From the human T2T-CHM13v2.0 reference genome, Homo sapiens, in the NCBI RefSeq assembly GCF_009914755.1, contig NC_060940.1: DNA of 64,000 nt, one strand, 5' to 3'. Below, piece after piece: positions 1 to 12,349 of the stretch (position 1 is the first letter of the stretch; each line of letters begins with the position of its first letter). The position numbers and the translations under genes were made by a program. Under the pieces are notes generated by a model, which did not search any database, had not been told where the DNA came from, and was given only the letters and a program-made list of their open reading frames with translations.

Positions 1-114
1 CCCTAGTTTTTTCAGATATGATGTCAGAAATCCAAACATGGAACTACAAACCTTGTATTGATGATTGAATTCTCACCTTTCTGATACATCAAAACATTTA
101 CTTCAACATCTTAC

Positions 115-473
115 TACCTTAGTTTGCTAGGGCTGCCATAAGCAAATGCCACACACTGAATGGCTTAAACAACAGAAATTTATTATCTCACATTTCTGGA
201 GGCTGGAAGTCCAAGATCAAAGTGTTGGCAGGTTTGGTTTTTCCTGAGGCCTCACTCCCTTGGCTTGCAGATGGCCACCTTCTTGCAGTTTCCCCACACA
301 GCCTTTTCTTTGTGCTTCCCTGATACCTTTTCCTCTTCCTATAAGGATACCAGACATATTAGATTAGGGCCTTAACTAATCTGTCCTCTGACCTCAACCT
401 CCAAATATACAGTCACATTGGGAATTAGAGTTTTGACATGTGAATTTTGGGGCAACACAATTCATTCCATAAC
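115..473 (-). mobile_element. MaLR solo LTR, MLT1A/B/C-like
   Basis: Begins ttagtttgctagggctgccata...ggcttaaacaacagaaatttatt...ctggaggctggaagtccaagatcaa and ends cacaattcattccataac, the reverse complement of an MLT1 LTR. Confidence 0.85.
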
Positions 474-605
474 TGTTATAAATTTCCCTGATCAGGAAGT
501 GATGAAGAAGAGAACTCTTCTTCTAGAGTTATACTTTAAGGAAACATCTTGAACACAATCAGAAACTAGACTTTTGGCAACAGGAAAAGCAATAGCATTG
601 GAAAC

Positions 606-1005
606 TGTAGTGGAGGCTGTGGTGTGTTACCCTATTGTCCCCTTTAAAACTAGGGCATTCATTCCTCTAGCTGCTGGAAGTGTTGCCTGCTGAGAAAGCT
701 CAAGGCTAGGTTGCTTTCCAGAATTTCCCAAAGCCAAAATCAGTTTCTTTGTCCAATGCTAGGTAGCAGTACAAATCCAAAGATGCACCAATATAGGCTT
801 CCAAAGCCTAGCCCCTAAGCTTCTGCATGGATGTGACAACTCAGAAGTGGCATCCAAAGTCCAGACCTTCTTGTGTTGATGGCTAAATCCTTCATTGAGA
901 CTGCATTTCAGCCCATCTTCTACCTCTGCCCAATTCTGCTTTCCACCTTCTCTTCCACAGAGTGGAACAGAGAGCACTGAACACAAATCTGTTTTATTAT
1001 TCCCA
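606..1005 (+). mobile_element. ERVL LTR, LTR16-family
   Basis: Starts tgtagtggaggctgtggtgtg...cattcattcctctagctgctggaagtgttgcctgctga, as in LTR16-type 5' ends; degenerate, 3' boundary approximate. Confidence 0.6.
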
Positions 1006-2304
1006 AGAAATCTAATTATATATATGCCAAACATTGGAATGATGAATAACACTAAAATAATCCATTTTAATGACATCAATCTGTGGAAATAGAGGACATA
1101 ATTTATATCCATATTGTTTTTAAATTATTGATTATTCCTTACTAAATTTGTTTGGTATTACATTGCACCATGATATAAGCATCATGGGGACAGAAATGTT
1201 ACGAAATTGGTTCTTAGAAGCATTCATAGCATCAAATAATATACCTGAAATATTGGGCATACCAATAAAGCTTAAAATTATAGCTTATTGCATATTCCTT
1301 AGAAAGCAGATAAAAATCTTAGTATAGTTTTGCATGTACAATTATTGTATATCCATCAAAGACTGGGTCAAAAGCTACTTCATAATGTTTGCATTGATTT
1401 ACCCCAGGTAAAAGAATCAGTCCTCACTGAGTTCTCTGCTGCTCCTTTGCAATGTCTGTTCCTTCCTGCCATCTATTACAGTTATTTAGCTCTCTTTGTT
1501 ACATTTTTTTATTAATCAGCAAACCATGAAGTTGAATGAAGGAAATTGCATCCATTCTCCATGATGGCTGAAGAAGGTGTGGAGGAGGGAAGCCACATGT
1601 GGATGGAAGCTTTTTGAAGCATAAACATTTGGATACACTCTAAGATTTGGAACAATCTTCACCATGACCAGGAAATCATTTATATTGCAGTATCCCCTAC
1701 TGTGCCTAAAAATGTGATGTGTTCACTTTGTCTTACAATTGATTTCTAATGACTTCAAACTTATATATCTTCTTTGTGTCTTAAAGTAAATTTCAAATAA
1801 TGGAATGTCAAGCATCAGAATAGAGGGGTAGAGATGTACAAGTATTGCAGTTATGTCCTTGATACTGATTTAAGTAAGCACTACCTACCTCTATTCTAAC
1901 ATTGTTGTAGATTATGAACCCTGGTAAATTTTATAGCTGCCACCTTTGTCTGCCTGATCCTATACGCTTAAATCTGTCCAGTCCACCTATGTATGAAGTG
2001 GGAGGAAGAAAACCAGTACAAACTAAACTTACATCTCCAGCATTACATCAGGAAGTTCCAGACCCCCTCAATATCTCCTGAATAGGTTCATGCTCTCATT
2101 CAGTTCTGCGGCATAACAAATTCTTGAGCTCTGAGAGTTCTCTCTCACTTCTAGGACTCATCTTGTTGTGGCATGTAGAATTTAATTCCTGCATCTTAAA
2201 CATGCTACTTTTTGTAGGACATAGTTGGAGCTCACACTCTTTCTGTTCTTTAGATATTTGAGTCAATGAACTGTTTTCAACAAATATGAATAATGGCTGT
2301 TTTT

Positions 2305-2630
2305 CAGATAGTTTCTGCTTAATTTAGGTTCCCAGAAATAAATACTGAGATGGAGAATTTTGGGCAAGACTTTTTTTTTTTTCCTGGTGAGTGCTGTCTT
2401 CAAGATTGTCCTAAGTTGGGATGAGGTGCTTTTTATGCCTTTCCATGAAAAAGTTATTTGAGGTAGGCTGCCTCCACGGGAGAGGATGTGATCTTGGCAA
2501 GACAACTGTCTTTATCTGAGGCAATTCTCCAAGATGCTTGACAACTGAGGGCTGTCTGTTGGCAGCATTCCCAGCAGCTGAGGAATAAGTCCTCTTCTGT
2601 CTTAAAGTGAGATCTGGACAGTGTTTCATA
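2305..2630 (-). mobile_element. ERVL LTR, LTR16-family fragment
   Basis: ggcagcattcccagcagctgaggaataag...gagatctgg is the reverse complement of an LTR16-type 5' region; ggttcccagaaataaatactgagatggag resembles its 3' end. Confidence 0.55.
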
Positions 2631-3519
2631 GGCTCCTATATTTGGTAAGTTCCAAGAACCTTCCAATAGGTAAATATGTCTTAATAATCTAATTTTTGGA
2701 AATATATCATAAGAAAAAATTCAGTGTGATGGTCTTCCTGTGAGAATAATATAGTATTTCTCAAAGTGTGATTCTGGAACACCACTACTACTAGGAATAT
2801 GTTGAATACTGAATAACAATCTCTGGCGATTGGTTCAAGGTCATTATATTAATTAATACCCCCCTAAAACCAAGTGAATCAGAACTTCTAGAGTCTGTGG
2901 AAAAGACTGCCGTGTAAGAGGGAGGATTTTCCTGGACTTAAGGCAAAGCCATCTTTACTGGTATGTGTGTTTGGTTGGGGGAAGGGAGGCAGGTGTGTGT
3001 ATGTGTGTTGAATGAATGGTAAGTATTCATGTTGATAATGTGACACAGGTAGCAATTTAAGTGCAAATGGTATATGAAGGCCTATTTTAATAAAAACAAT
3101 ATTTTGAGGATTTAGGTTATTTTGTTAAAATAGACTTTGAATGAGTGTCGAAAAATTTTTGAAAGAGCAGTAAATTCATTAGAATGTAAGATATTTAGCC
3201 ATTTCAAGTATCCATAAGCAACCTCAGTTATCCAAAATCATTTGGAAGCCTTTGGATAAATGGGAATTTGGTTAAAATATCTGGTTAGATGGTGGCCAGG
3301 AATGAATCACCGGCTAGTGAAACCCATCTAGTAATAACCTGGGATCTACCAAACAAAACTGTTTTGTGCACAGGGACTGCAAGAGACGATATAAATGTTG
3401 GCCTTCAAGATAGCCATGATTTTTTTAAATTATCACAATGGATCAAATTCATTGTCATTAATATCTGAGCTCTGTCAGCCCCTTGCCTTCCAGCTCAATG
3501 ATGATGTCTCAACATTTAC

Positions 3520-4462
3520 ATCTCCATCTGCAACATCTTGGCTAATCTCCAGATATATTAATTCAAATTCCTGCTTGAAATCTCTACTTAGATTTCATAT
3601 AATCCCACCTGAGCATTGACAGAGCCAAAAGCAAACCTTTTATTCTCTACCACATCCTTCCAAATCTGTTTGTTCTCTGGCCTCCCTATGTCATTAAGTA
3701 ATGCCACCATATTGAAATTGTTCAACTGAAAACTTGGAAAACAATCTCAATCCATGACTCCTTCAGCACCTTCCTAAAGCTAAATGTAGTATAATTGTCT
3801 CCAACTGGCCTTCTTTTCACTCTTCTCCCAACTCCAAGCCTATATTTTCTCCCTACAGCAGCCAGAGTCGTTTTTTCATATTATCATTAGGTAGCATTAT
3901 TTCCCTTTTGAAATATCATCAAAATATTTTCATAATACATTTTATAACATACCAATGACACCTACCATATCGTACACATTCTTACTTGGCATGACCCCTG
4001 CTCATTTTTCCAACTCTTTTATCATTCTTTTCCTTGTTTATTCTTCAAAGCACAATGACATTCCTATTAATTCTGGAAAAATAAAAGTGAATTCTTATCT
4101 CGGAAATTTTTTCTTGCTGTATTCTTTTTCTGGAATGATCTGCCTCCAGGTCTTCTCCAGGAGGGACTCTGAATATTCCCACATGTACCCAAATATTACC
4201 TTTTAGCCAAGCTTTTTCTTAACAATTCAATATAAGTCACCACCTTGTCCATCTTCCCCTAACATATCACCTTTTATTTATGTATTACATTTGTCATTAT
4301 ATTATTTATTAGTGCTTATTAATTTATTAATATTATTCTTAAGATAACTGAAACTCTACAGATAAAGTATCTTGCTTGGCTTATTGGCTACCATGTTTTT
4401 AGCTTCAGTCACAGTGTTTGCATATTGCAAACATTCAACAAATATTTTTGAATTAATGAATT
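3520..4462 (+). mobile_element. L2 LINE 3' fragment
   Basis: Degenerate L2 3' motifs (tctccaactggcc, ctccctacagcagccagagt) ending in the L2 tail cattcaacaaatatttttgaattaatgaa. Confidence 0.65.
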
Positions 4463-4787
4463 GATATCAATCATAATAGCAATTGCTAACTTTATTTAGC
4501 ACTTAATATGCACCAGTTTTAAGCAATTTAAATGCACTATTTCATTCCATTCTTACATTGGCTTTATGAGGCACCACTATGCTAAAGAAAATTACAATTG
4601 TTAAAAAATTACAGCTTTATCCTGGTAGAATTTATATTAATAAACTTATGGGTGGCTTTATTTATCTGTTTATTATATAAGGAAATGAAAGTGTTCACTA
4701 ATTTTTAATTAATTTCTACATAATTTCAAGGTGGAAAAGAATATAATAAGAGTAGTATATGTGAACTGGGGTATTTTTGTAAAACAC

Positions 4788-5250
4788 TGTCTTAGTCCAC
4801 TTTGTGTTGCTTATAAAAATACCTGAGACTGGGTAATTTAAACAAACAAAAAAGAGCTTCATGTAGCTCATGGTTCTTTAGGCTGAGAAGTTCAAAGACA
4901 TAGCCCTGGCTTCCAGCAAGGGCTTTCTTGCTGTATTACAACAAGTGGAGAATGGTGGAGAAAGACAAAAAGGAAGTGGACTCATGTGAACATGAGAAAA
5001 CATGAGTAGTGTCTTGGCTTTATGAAAGACTCATTCTGGTGGAAACTAATCCATTTCCCCAAGAATAATCCCCCTTCACAAAAGTGAGAACTGACTCATT
5101 ACTGCTATATCAGCACCAAGTCATTCATAGGGATCTGTACCCCTAACCAGTTACCTCCTAATAGGTCTCACCTCTCAATACCACTGCATGGGGATCACAT
5201 TTCAATATGGGTTTTAGTGGAGGAAAACAAATCATGTCCAAACCATAGTA
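4788..5250 (-). mobile_element. MaLR solo LTR, MST-type
   Basis: tgtcttagtccactttgtgttgcttataaaaatacctgagactgggtaattta...ccaaaccatagta; flanks aacac/aaccc resemble a 5-bp TSD. Confidence 0.85.
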
Positions 5251-6154
5251 AACCCAAACATTTTCCTTGGCAACGTCAAAAATCTACTTACTTAAAGCAA
5301 ATGAACCAGTGTCTAGAAGTAGAGCATCTTTTAGTTATACAAACATATTATGCTAATGGGGCTTATTCTTTTATTACTATAAAGTATTGTGAAAATGTTC
5401 TCAAATTGTTTTGGAAAATAATTCATGGAAAAAATAACAAATTCTCATAGAACTGCATGAAGCAATACTGCTGGAAAACAAAATAAAATGTATGATGGTG
5501 TTTTATTGATGGTAACAATATCATCTAGTACTTAGTTGGCAAGATTAATATGTATCTAGGACTTGGAGCTATTAAAACCCATCAAAAGTATCTCATTAGC
5601 TGTTAAAGTATTAAGGAAATAGAATTGCAATTATCTAAATCATCAAAACAAGTCTGCTTAAAATTTTATTCTCAGAGGTTTAGTAAAGAAGATATGGCAT
5701 TTTAAAATAAATAGTCCTCATGACAATTTACTTAAAGTCATCATGTGATTCTTCACCTTGGTCATGTAAAGAAGTATGAGTTACTGCCTCTGAGTTGGCC
5801 TGATATGGCAAGACTTTCAAGGTGAGACTATCTAATAAACTCCCTGAGTGTTAGCTAATAATACTTAGTGTCATTCTATCCTTCCATATAAGTTGAATGT
5901 GAAGTGCAAGCTATGGATTTGGGAAGATGGGCAGAAGAACTTAAGAGTGTTTTGTAATAACCAGACTTAAAAACTATAATTTAAGATGTTTTGTCGTTGT
6001 TGTTGTTGTTTTTGGAGTAGGGACAATAAATTTAGCTTCATAACCAATAGAGTCTGAGATTATGGTCAAGGAGGTTATTATCTGGTTTTGATCTGGGTAA
6101 CCTCTAGCTTTATTTCTTTTTCTTTATGGTATTTACCATTGAAAAGTTCATATC

Positions 6155-6284
6155 ACAAAAATTAGCCAGGTGTGGTGGTGTGCACCTGTAGTCCCAGCTA
6201 CTTGGGAGACTGAGGCAAGAGATCACGGAGGTTCTCGGATCACGAAGGTTGCAGTGATCCAAGATCACGCCAAAAAAAAAAAAA
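6155..6284 (+). mobile_element. Alu right-arm fragment, internally rearranged
   Basis: acaaaaattagccaggtgtggtggtgtgcacctgtagtcccagctacttggga...gttgcagtga...gatcacgcc followed by A13. Confidence 0.85.
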
Positions 6285-8014
6285 GTATTAATTATAGATA
6301 AAACTAAATGCTTACTACGTACCTCATTCTCTCAGCCATTCTGTTTGATAAATTTCATGATCAGTAATCTTTAATATAGAAAATAAAGACTCAGATAATT
6401 AAGTAAATTCCCAAATAGGTTAAAAAAGCTGAAGTTCAAATTCAGGTCCAGTGTTGATTAGAAAACACTGGGCCCCAATCGATGGTCCTTAGTCTGTTCT
6501 TGAACCCTCTCCTTCCATTTCCCTTTATATAAATTCAATGTAAGACTATACAATGATCACCACCATGCCAGACCCCATAGGAGGTAGCAAAGAAAAAAGA
6601 ATACCTAGCTGGATCTAATTCAATATTTGTGCTGATAATTAAATGTGATTTTTTAAAATGCTAAGCACATTGACTGGGTTTATCAAATCATGGAGTTTAT
6701 TTTTTCTCCTCCTCCTATTTGATGATGATGGTGATGATAATGATAATGATGACTCTATTTCTGTCTTTAGGAATTTAAATCTAATAAAAGCAACAAATAT
6801 AAAGACAAATAAAATCATTAGATATTAGAGGTGCTATGAGTACAGGGGATGTGTCTTAGAGTATTTGGTTTAAGAGATATCTTAAGTTTTGAGTATGATT
6901 TAGCTTAGCAGTGGAGAAGGAAGTCTCAGCATTAAAACTTTCTTGAACAGAGATGTGAAAGAAATGCTCTCAATCCCAAATCAACTTGAGGCTGAGTAGA
7001 TAGTGGTAGAAGATCCTCTTCTGGAGATTCTGACCCCTTCTCTTCAATGCAGACCATCAAATCTCCTGAGGTTTATAAAGCTCCAAGCCGAATCCCACTC
7101 CATTCAGTAGTGTCAGATTTCCCTTCAAGAGAGGAATAAAAAGGAAAACCTCTGTGGAGTCAAATATATGCATCTCTCTCAAGATACACTTTAGAGCTAA
7201 AATGTTCCGCCCCTGATTCAACAGAGAGGCCTGTTGTAGGGCTTTCTAGAAGCAATGGCTCTGTGAATACCTGTTCTGGTTCTTGTAACTTTCTATGTGA
7301 AACTTTCTGGCATTGACTGGTTTTAGTCATTTCTATCCCTGCCCTGCCCAACCACAGCGACTTGCAATGATTTTTTTTTTTTCTAGTCACTGATTAGTTC
7401 AGCTAGGATGAATCTGATTTTTGCTTAGTTTTGTGCAAATTTCCTCCTGTGAACTGCTGCTGGTCTGTTGGGTCCCTGCCAAGGACACTTCCTCACCTGG
7501 AATCTTGTTTAAGGTTTCAGGCAGCAAGTTGGCAGCTGAGATGTTTGTAGTCATAGTAACTCCAGCGGAAGATTAGGGATGCACCTACGTGAAGATGTCT
7601 GGCCATGTGAATGTGAAGCTGCCTTTCTCAATTCTTCCTTCTATCCATTCATTCACTGATTCAGCCTCCACCCATTCATTGAGAATCTCCTATATTTCCT
7701 ACCTTGCATTTGATACAGGAAATGCAGACTTGAACATTACTTAGGTGCTGCCTTTAAAAGAACCATTCATTATTTAATCCCTGAAAAATTTTTTTAGGAC
7801 TTCTATACGCCAACCCTTCTCTGAGTTCTTGAAATGTAGGGAGGAGATGAATAGGACACAGTGCTTATCCGTATAGTATATGTCATCCAGAAAAACAAAA
7901 GAGCAACCACTATGCATAGAGCTCAGTGCCATATACATTATTTTGAATCTACTAAAGTACACAGACATAAAAGCAAACTTCACTGCAGTAAGGGAAGTGT
8001 CACATAACTTAATA

Positions 8015-8225
8015 GTAGTGGATCTCAACCATGTACTATATGGCCCTACCTGGGTACATTTAGTAGTGTCTGGAGCCATGTTTGATTATCAGACCGGAGG
8101 AGTGTTACCAGCACTGAGTAGGTAAAAGACAGCAATGCTGCTAAATGCCCTACAGTCTATAGGACAGCCCTCCACAACAAATAGTAATCCAGCCCCATAT
8201 GTCAATAGTGTCCCGACTGGGCTTC
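8015..8225. mobile_element. MER20 hAT-Charlie MITE
   Basis: agtggatctcaacc...gtgtctggag...atgctgctaaatgccctacag...ggacagccctccacaacaaa...atgtcaatagtg matches MER20. Confidence 0.75.
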
Positions 8226-8826
8226 ACTCTACAGACAAATGCAGATGGCTACGAGTGAAAAGGAAGGTTTGATTCACCATCTTGAGGGTCAAAAAAAGGC
8301 TTTCCAAGAAGAAAGCATTTCAGTTGGCGATTGTGGACTTCACTACACATTAGCATGATTTCTTATGAACCTGAAACCTTATAGAGTAAACACCAAGTGA
8401 CAGAAAATCCTCTTTGGTTTATTTTCACCAAAATTACTGGGGAATATTTTTTCCAAGTGATTTTGTTAGATATTCCCAACTACTCTGTCATGGATATGGA
8501 ACAAATAACAAATACTATTTTTCTGTGAAAATTAAAACCCAAAAGGATCATGTTTTGTTTTATACATCCCTCTTAGTCCTAAGTCACCACTGTTCATAAA
8601 TGACATTGCTAATCAAGTCTGATAATTGCCGAAAATAAGCCATGTTACTCCAGCAACGAAGAGACAGGAGAAATACCAGAAATTCTTCGCAAGGTATACT
8701 GATAATGTTCTGTTGAACCACAAGTTGCACTTTTGGGTGATTAAGTATCAGGTTCCTTGGATATTTTTTTAACCTCATTAGAAACCTTCTATTATTTAAC
8801 AATACCCTAGTTAAATAATCTGACAA

Positions 8827-10725
8827 TACCATGCTGTTTTGTTTACTGTAGGCTTGTAATATAGTTTGAAGTCAGGTAGCGTGATGCCTCCAGCTTTGTT
8901 CTTTTTGCTTAGGATTGTCTTGCTTATGTGGTCTCTTTTTTGGTTCCACATGAAATTTAAAGTAGTTTTTTTTTTTAATTCTCAAGAAAGTCAATTGTAG
9001 CTTGATGAGGATAGCATTGACTCTATAAATACTTTGGGCAGTATGGCCTTTTTCACCTTTCCTCCTATCCATGAGCATGGAATGTTTTTCCATTTGTTTG
9101 TGTCCTCTCTTATTTCCTTGAGCAGTGGTTAGTAGTTCTCCTGAAAGAGGTCCTTCATGTCCCTTGTAAGTTGTATTCCTAGGTATTTTATTCTCTTTGT
9201 AGCAATTATGAATTGTGGTGTATAGGAATGCCTGTGGTTTTTGCACATTGATCTTGTATCCTGAGACTTTGCTGAAGTTGCTTATCAGCTTAAGGAGATT
9301 TTGGGCTGAGATGATGGGGTTTTCTAAATACACAATCCAAAACAGATATATAGACCAATGGAACAGAACAGAGGCCTCAGAAATAATGCCACACATCTAC
9401 AACCATCTGATCTTTGACAAACCTGACACGAACAAGCAATGAGGAAAGGATTCCCTATTTAATAAATGGTGTTGGGAAAACTGGCTAGCCATATGCAGGA
9501 AGGTGAAACTGGATCACTTCTTTACACCTTATATAAAAATTAACTCAAGATGGATTAAAGACTTGAACATAAGACCTAAAACCTTAAAAACCCTAGAAGA
9601 AAACCTAGGCAATACAATTTAGGACATAGGCATGGGCAAAGACTTCATGACTAAAACACCAAAAGCAATGGCAACAAAAGCCAAAATTGACAAATGAGAT
9701 ATAATTAAACTAAAGAGCTCCTGCACAGCAAAACAAACTGTCATGAGTGAACAGGCAACCTACAGAATGGGAGAAAAATGTTGCAATCTGTCCATCTGAC
9801 AAAGGGCTAATATCAAGAATCCACAATGAACTTTAAACAAATTTACAAGAAAAAAACAAACAACCCCATCAAAAAGTGGGCAAAGGATATAAACAGACAC
9901 TTCTCAAAAGAAGACATTTATGTGGCCAACAAACATGAAAAAAAGCTCATCATTACTGGTCATCAGAGAAATGCAAATCAAAACCACAATAAGATAACAT
10001 CTCACCCCAGTTAGAATGGTGATCATTAAAAAGTCAGGAAACAACAGATGCTGGAGAGGATGGGGAGAAATAGGAATGCTTTTAAATTGTTGGTGGGAGT
10101 GTAAATTAGTTCAACCATTGTGGAAAACAGTGTGGCGATTCTTCAAGGATCTAGAACTAGAAATACCATTTGACCCAGCAATCCCATTACTGAGTATATA
10201 CCTAAAAGATTGTAAATCATTCTACTACAAAGACACATGCACATATATGTTTATTGCAGCACTGTTCACAATAGCAAAGACTTGAAACCAACCCAAATGC
10301 CCATCAATGATAGACTGAATAAAGAAAATGTGGCACATATACACCACGGAATACTATGCAGCCATAAAAAAGATGAGTTCATGTCCTTTGCAGGGACATG
10401 GATGAAGCTGGAAACCATCATCCTCAGCAAACTAACACAGGAACAGAAAACCAAGCACCGCATGTTCTCACTCATAAGTGAAAGTTGAACAATGAGAACA
10501 CATGGACACTGGGAAGGGAACATCACACAATGGGGACTGTCAAGGGATGAGGGGTTGGGGAGGGATAGCATTAGGAGAAATACCTAATGTAGATGACCGG
10601 TTGATGGGTGCAGCAAACCACCATGGCACATGTATATGTGTATGTAATAAACCTATTACATATGTAATAAACCTGCACATTTTGTGCATGTATCCCAGAA
10701 CTTAAAGTATAATTAAAAAAAAAAT
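8827..10725 (+). mobile_element. 5'-truncated, 5'-inverted L1PA (about L1PA7-like)
   Basis: Antisense ORF2 piece 8827-9337, then sense ORF2 C-terminus (ORF track 10016-10285, cysteine-rich region) and 3' UTR with A tail; TSD aataatctgacaa at 8814-8826 and 10726-10738. Confidence 0.95.
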
Positions 10726-11889
10726 AATAATCTGACAAATGGCGTCATTTTGAATGAGGACCATTAACAATGACTATTTAAACCCTTTAGAAGAGCATTG
10801 ATTTGAGGAACTACCCAAAAAACTACCAAGAAAACATAGAATTGTTCAGAGACCACATTTGGCAGGAAATGGATTAAGGAATGGAGTTCAGCTTCATTAG
10901 TTATTTCTCTAATGGACTTCCCACCTTCAGGAAATGCCAGAGTTAATCAGGTAGATAACTCTTCAGATACTTTGCATCACCTAAAGGTTTACTTGAGGCT
11001 TATAATCACTTGCCCACTTGACCATTTGTAGCTATTTCCTTTCAAAGCAAGTTACCCATATCTGCTTATTCTACCATCTAAACATTTTTCTAATCTGTTC
11101 CTAATTTCTGCTCTCCAGTGCACAGCTGGTTTAGGATATTGACTACCCTATCTTTTATATTCTGTTCCCATATTACATCTAAATTATTCAGCTAACATAT
11201 TTATCTAAAATCACAAACATAATTGGATTTATTTTGAAAGAAATAATCCAGGAATGAAAAACTACCTCAGGATGGAAAAAGAAGATAAAGTTAAAGTAAT
11301 TACAATGAAAAACAAAAGGAGTTGTCTAATTCTGCCTGGAAGCCATTATGTAGAGGTCACCTCTAACTGCTGAGAAGGGGATTAGCAAATTTTAGAGAGG
11401 TGTTAACAGCCATGATCAAACTGTGACCTTCTCTTCCATGTAATCAGGACTGAAATAGCACTGAAAAAAGGACCTCATCACGTGAATGGTGATAATTTTA
11501 ACCTATTTTGCACCCTGTAACTCATTCTATGCCTCACCAGTGGTATGGATCCCTCACTTTGAGAAACAGTGATTCAGGCTTGTCATCTTAGCTTGGACCA
11601 TGGCAAAGCATTTAAATAGGGCTCTGTCTCATTCCCTTCCAAAATGCCCACCACACTAGGCACCCATGTGACTTGAAAAGGCAGATTTCTTTTTTCTTTT
11701 AAACCTTTCTCACTTTAAACCATACAGTGGTTTCATTGTACGGTATGTGTCTCCAAAAAGAGTTACTACAAGGAACAGAACTTTAAAATTTTTAAAAAAA
11801 ATTTCTGAAAGTTGTGTTTTGAGTTACCAAAAGACAATCATGAAAAGATTGAAAGGTGTGGATGTAGTTTCTTTCTTCTATCTTAGCCA

Positions 11890-12115
11890 ATAATAATAAC
11901 TAATATTTATAATATCAAATTACTCAAAATACTTAAAGACAAAACAGTGTCAGGAACTATTCTAAGTAGTTGTATATATTAACAAGTGAAACAGATCCGA
12001 AAACTGGAGTACAGTGAAGTAGTGTCCTGTCCAACATTTCAGACCCTATTAGTGGCAGAGCCAAAGCATTGCTCAAATTGAACACAGGTGGTCTGGCTTC
12101 TGAGTCAGTGTTTTC
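11890..12115 (-). mobile_element. MIR fragment
   Basis: ataataactaatatttat...gtgtcaggaactattctaag...ttagtggcagagcc, reverse-strand MIR motifs. Confidence 0.55.
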
Positions 12116-12303
12116 AGTCATCTTTAGAGTAACTCAAAATCTAATATATCTCATTAGAATTTTTGGTTATGTGCACATTTAATAGGTTTACATCCTTTCA
12201 GCTTCTTTAGATGAAATGAGGGACACTGATACAGAACACCAATTTTATGCAAACTACAGACAAACAATTTTCTGTCAGTTTGGTTATCAGTGGACCTGAA
12301 CTG

Positions 12304-12304
<1 letters not shown>

Positions 12305-12345
<41 letters not shown>
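12305..12345. repeat. (TG)n microsatellite, about 20 units
   Basis: Seen directly. Confidence 0.97.

Positions 12346-12349
<4 letters not shown>

Noticed and set aside
8872-10705. ORFs up to 174 aa resembling RT-associated protein
   Set aside because: Frameshifted L1 ORF2 and 3' UTR fragments, not a host gene
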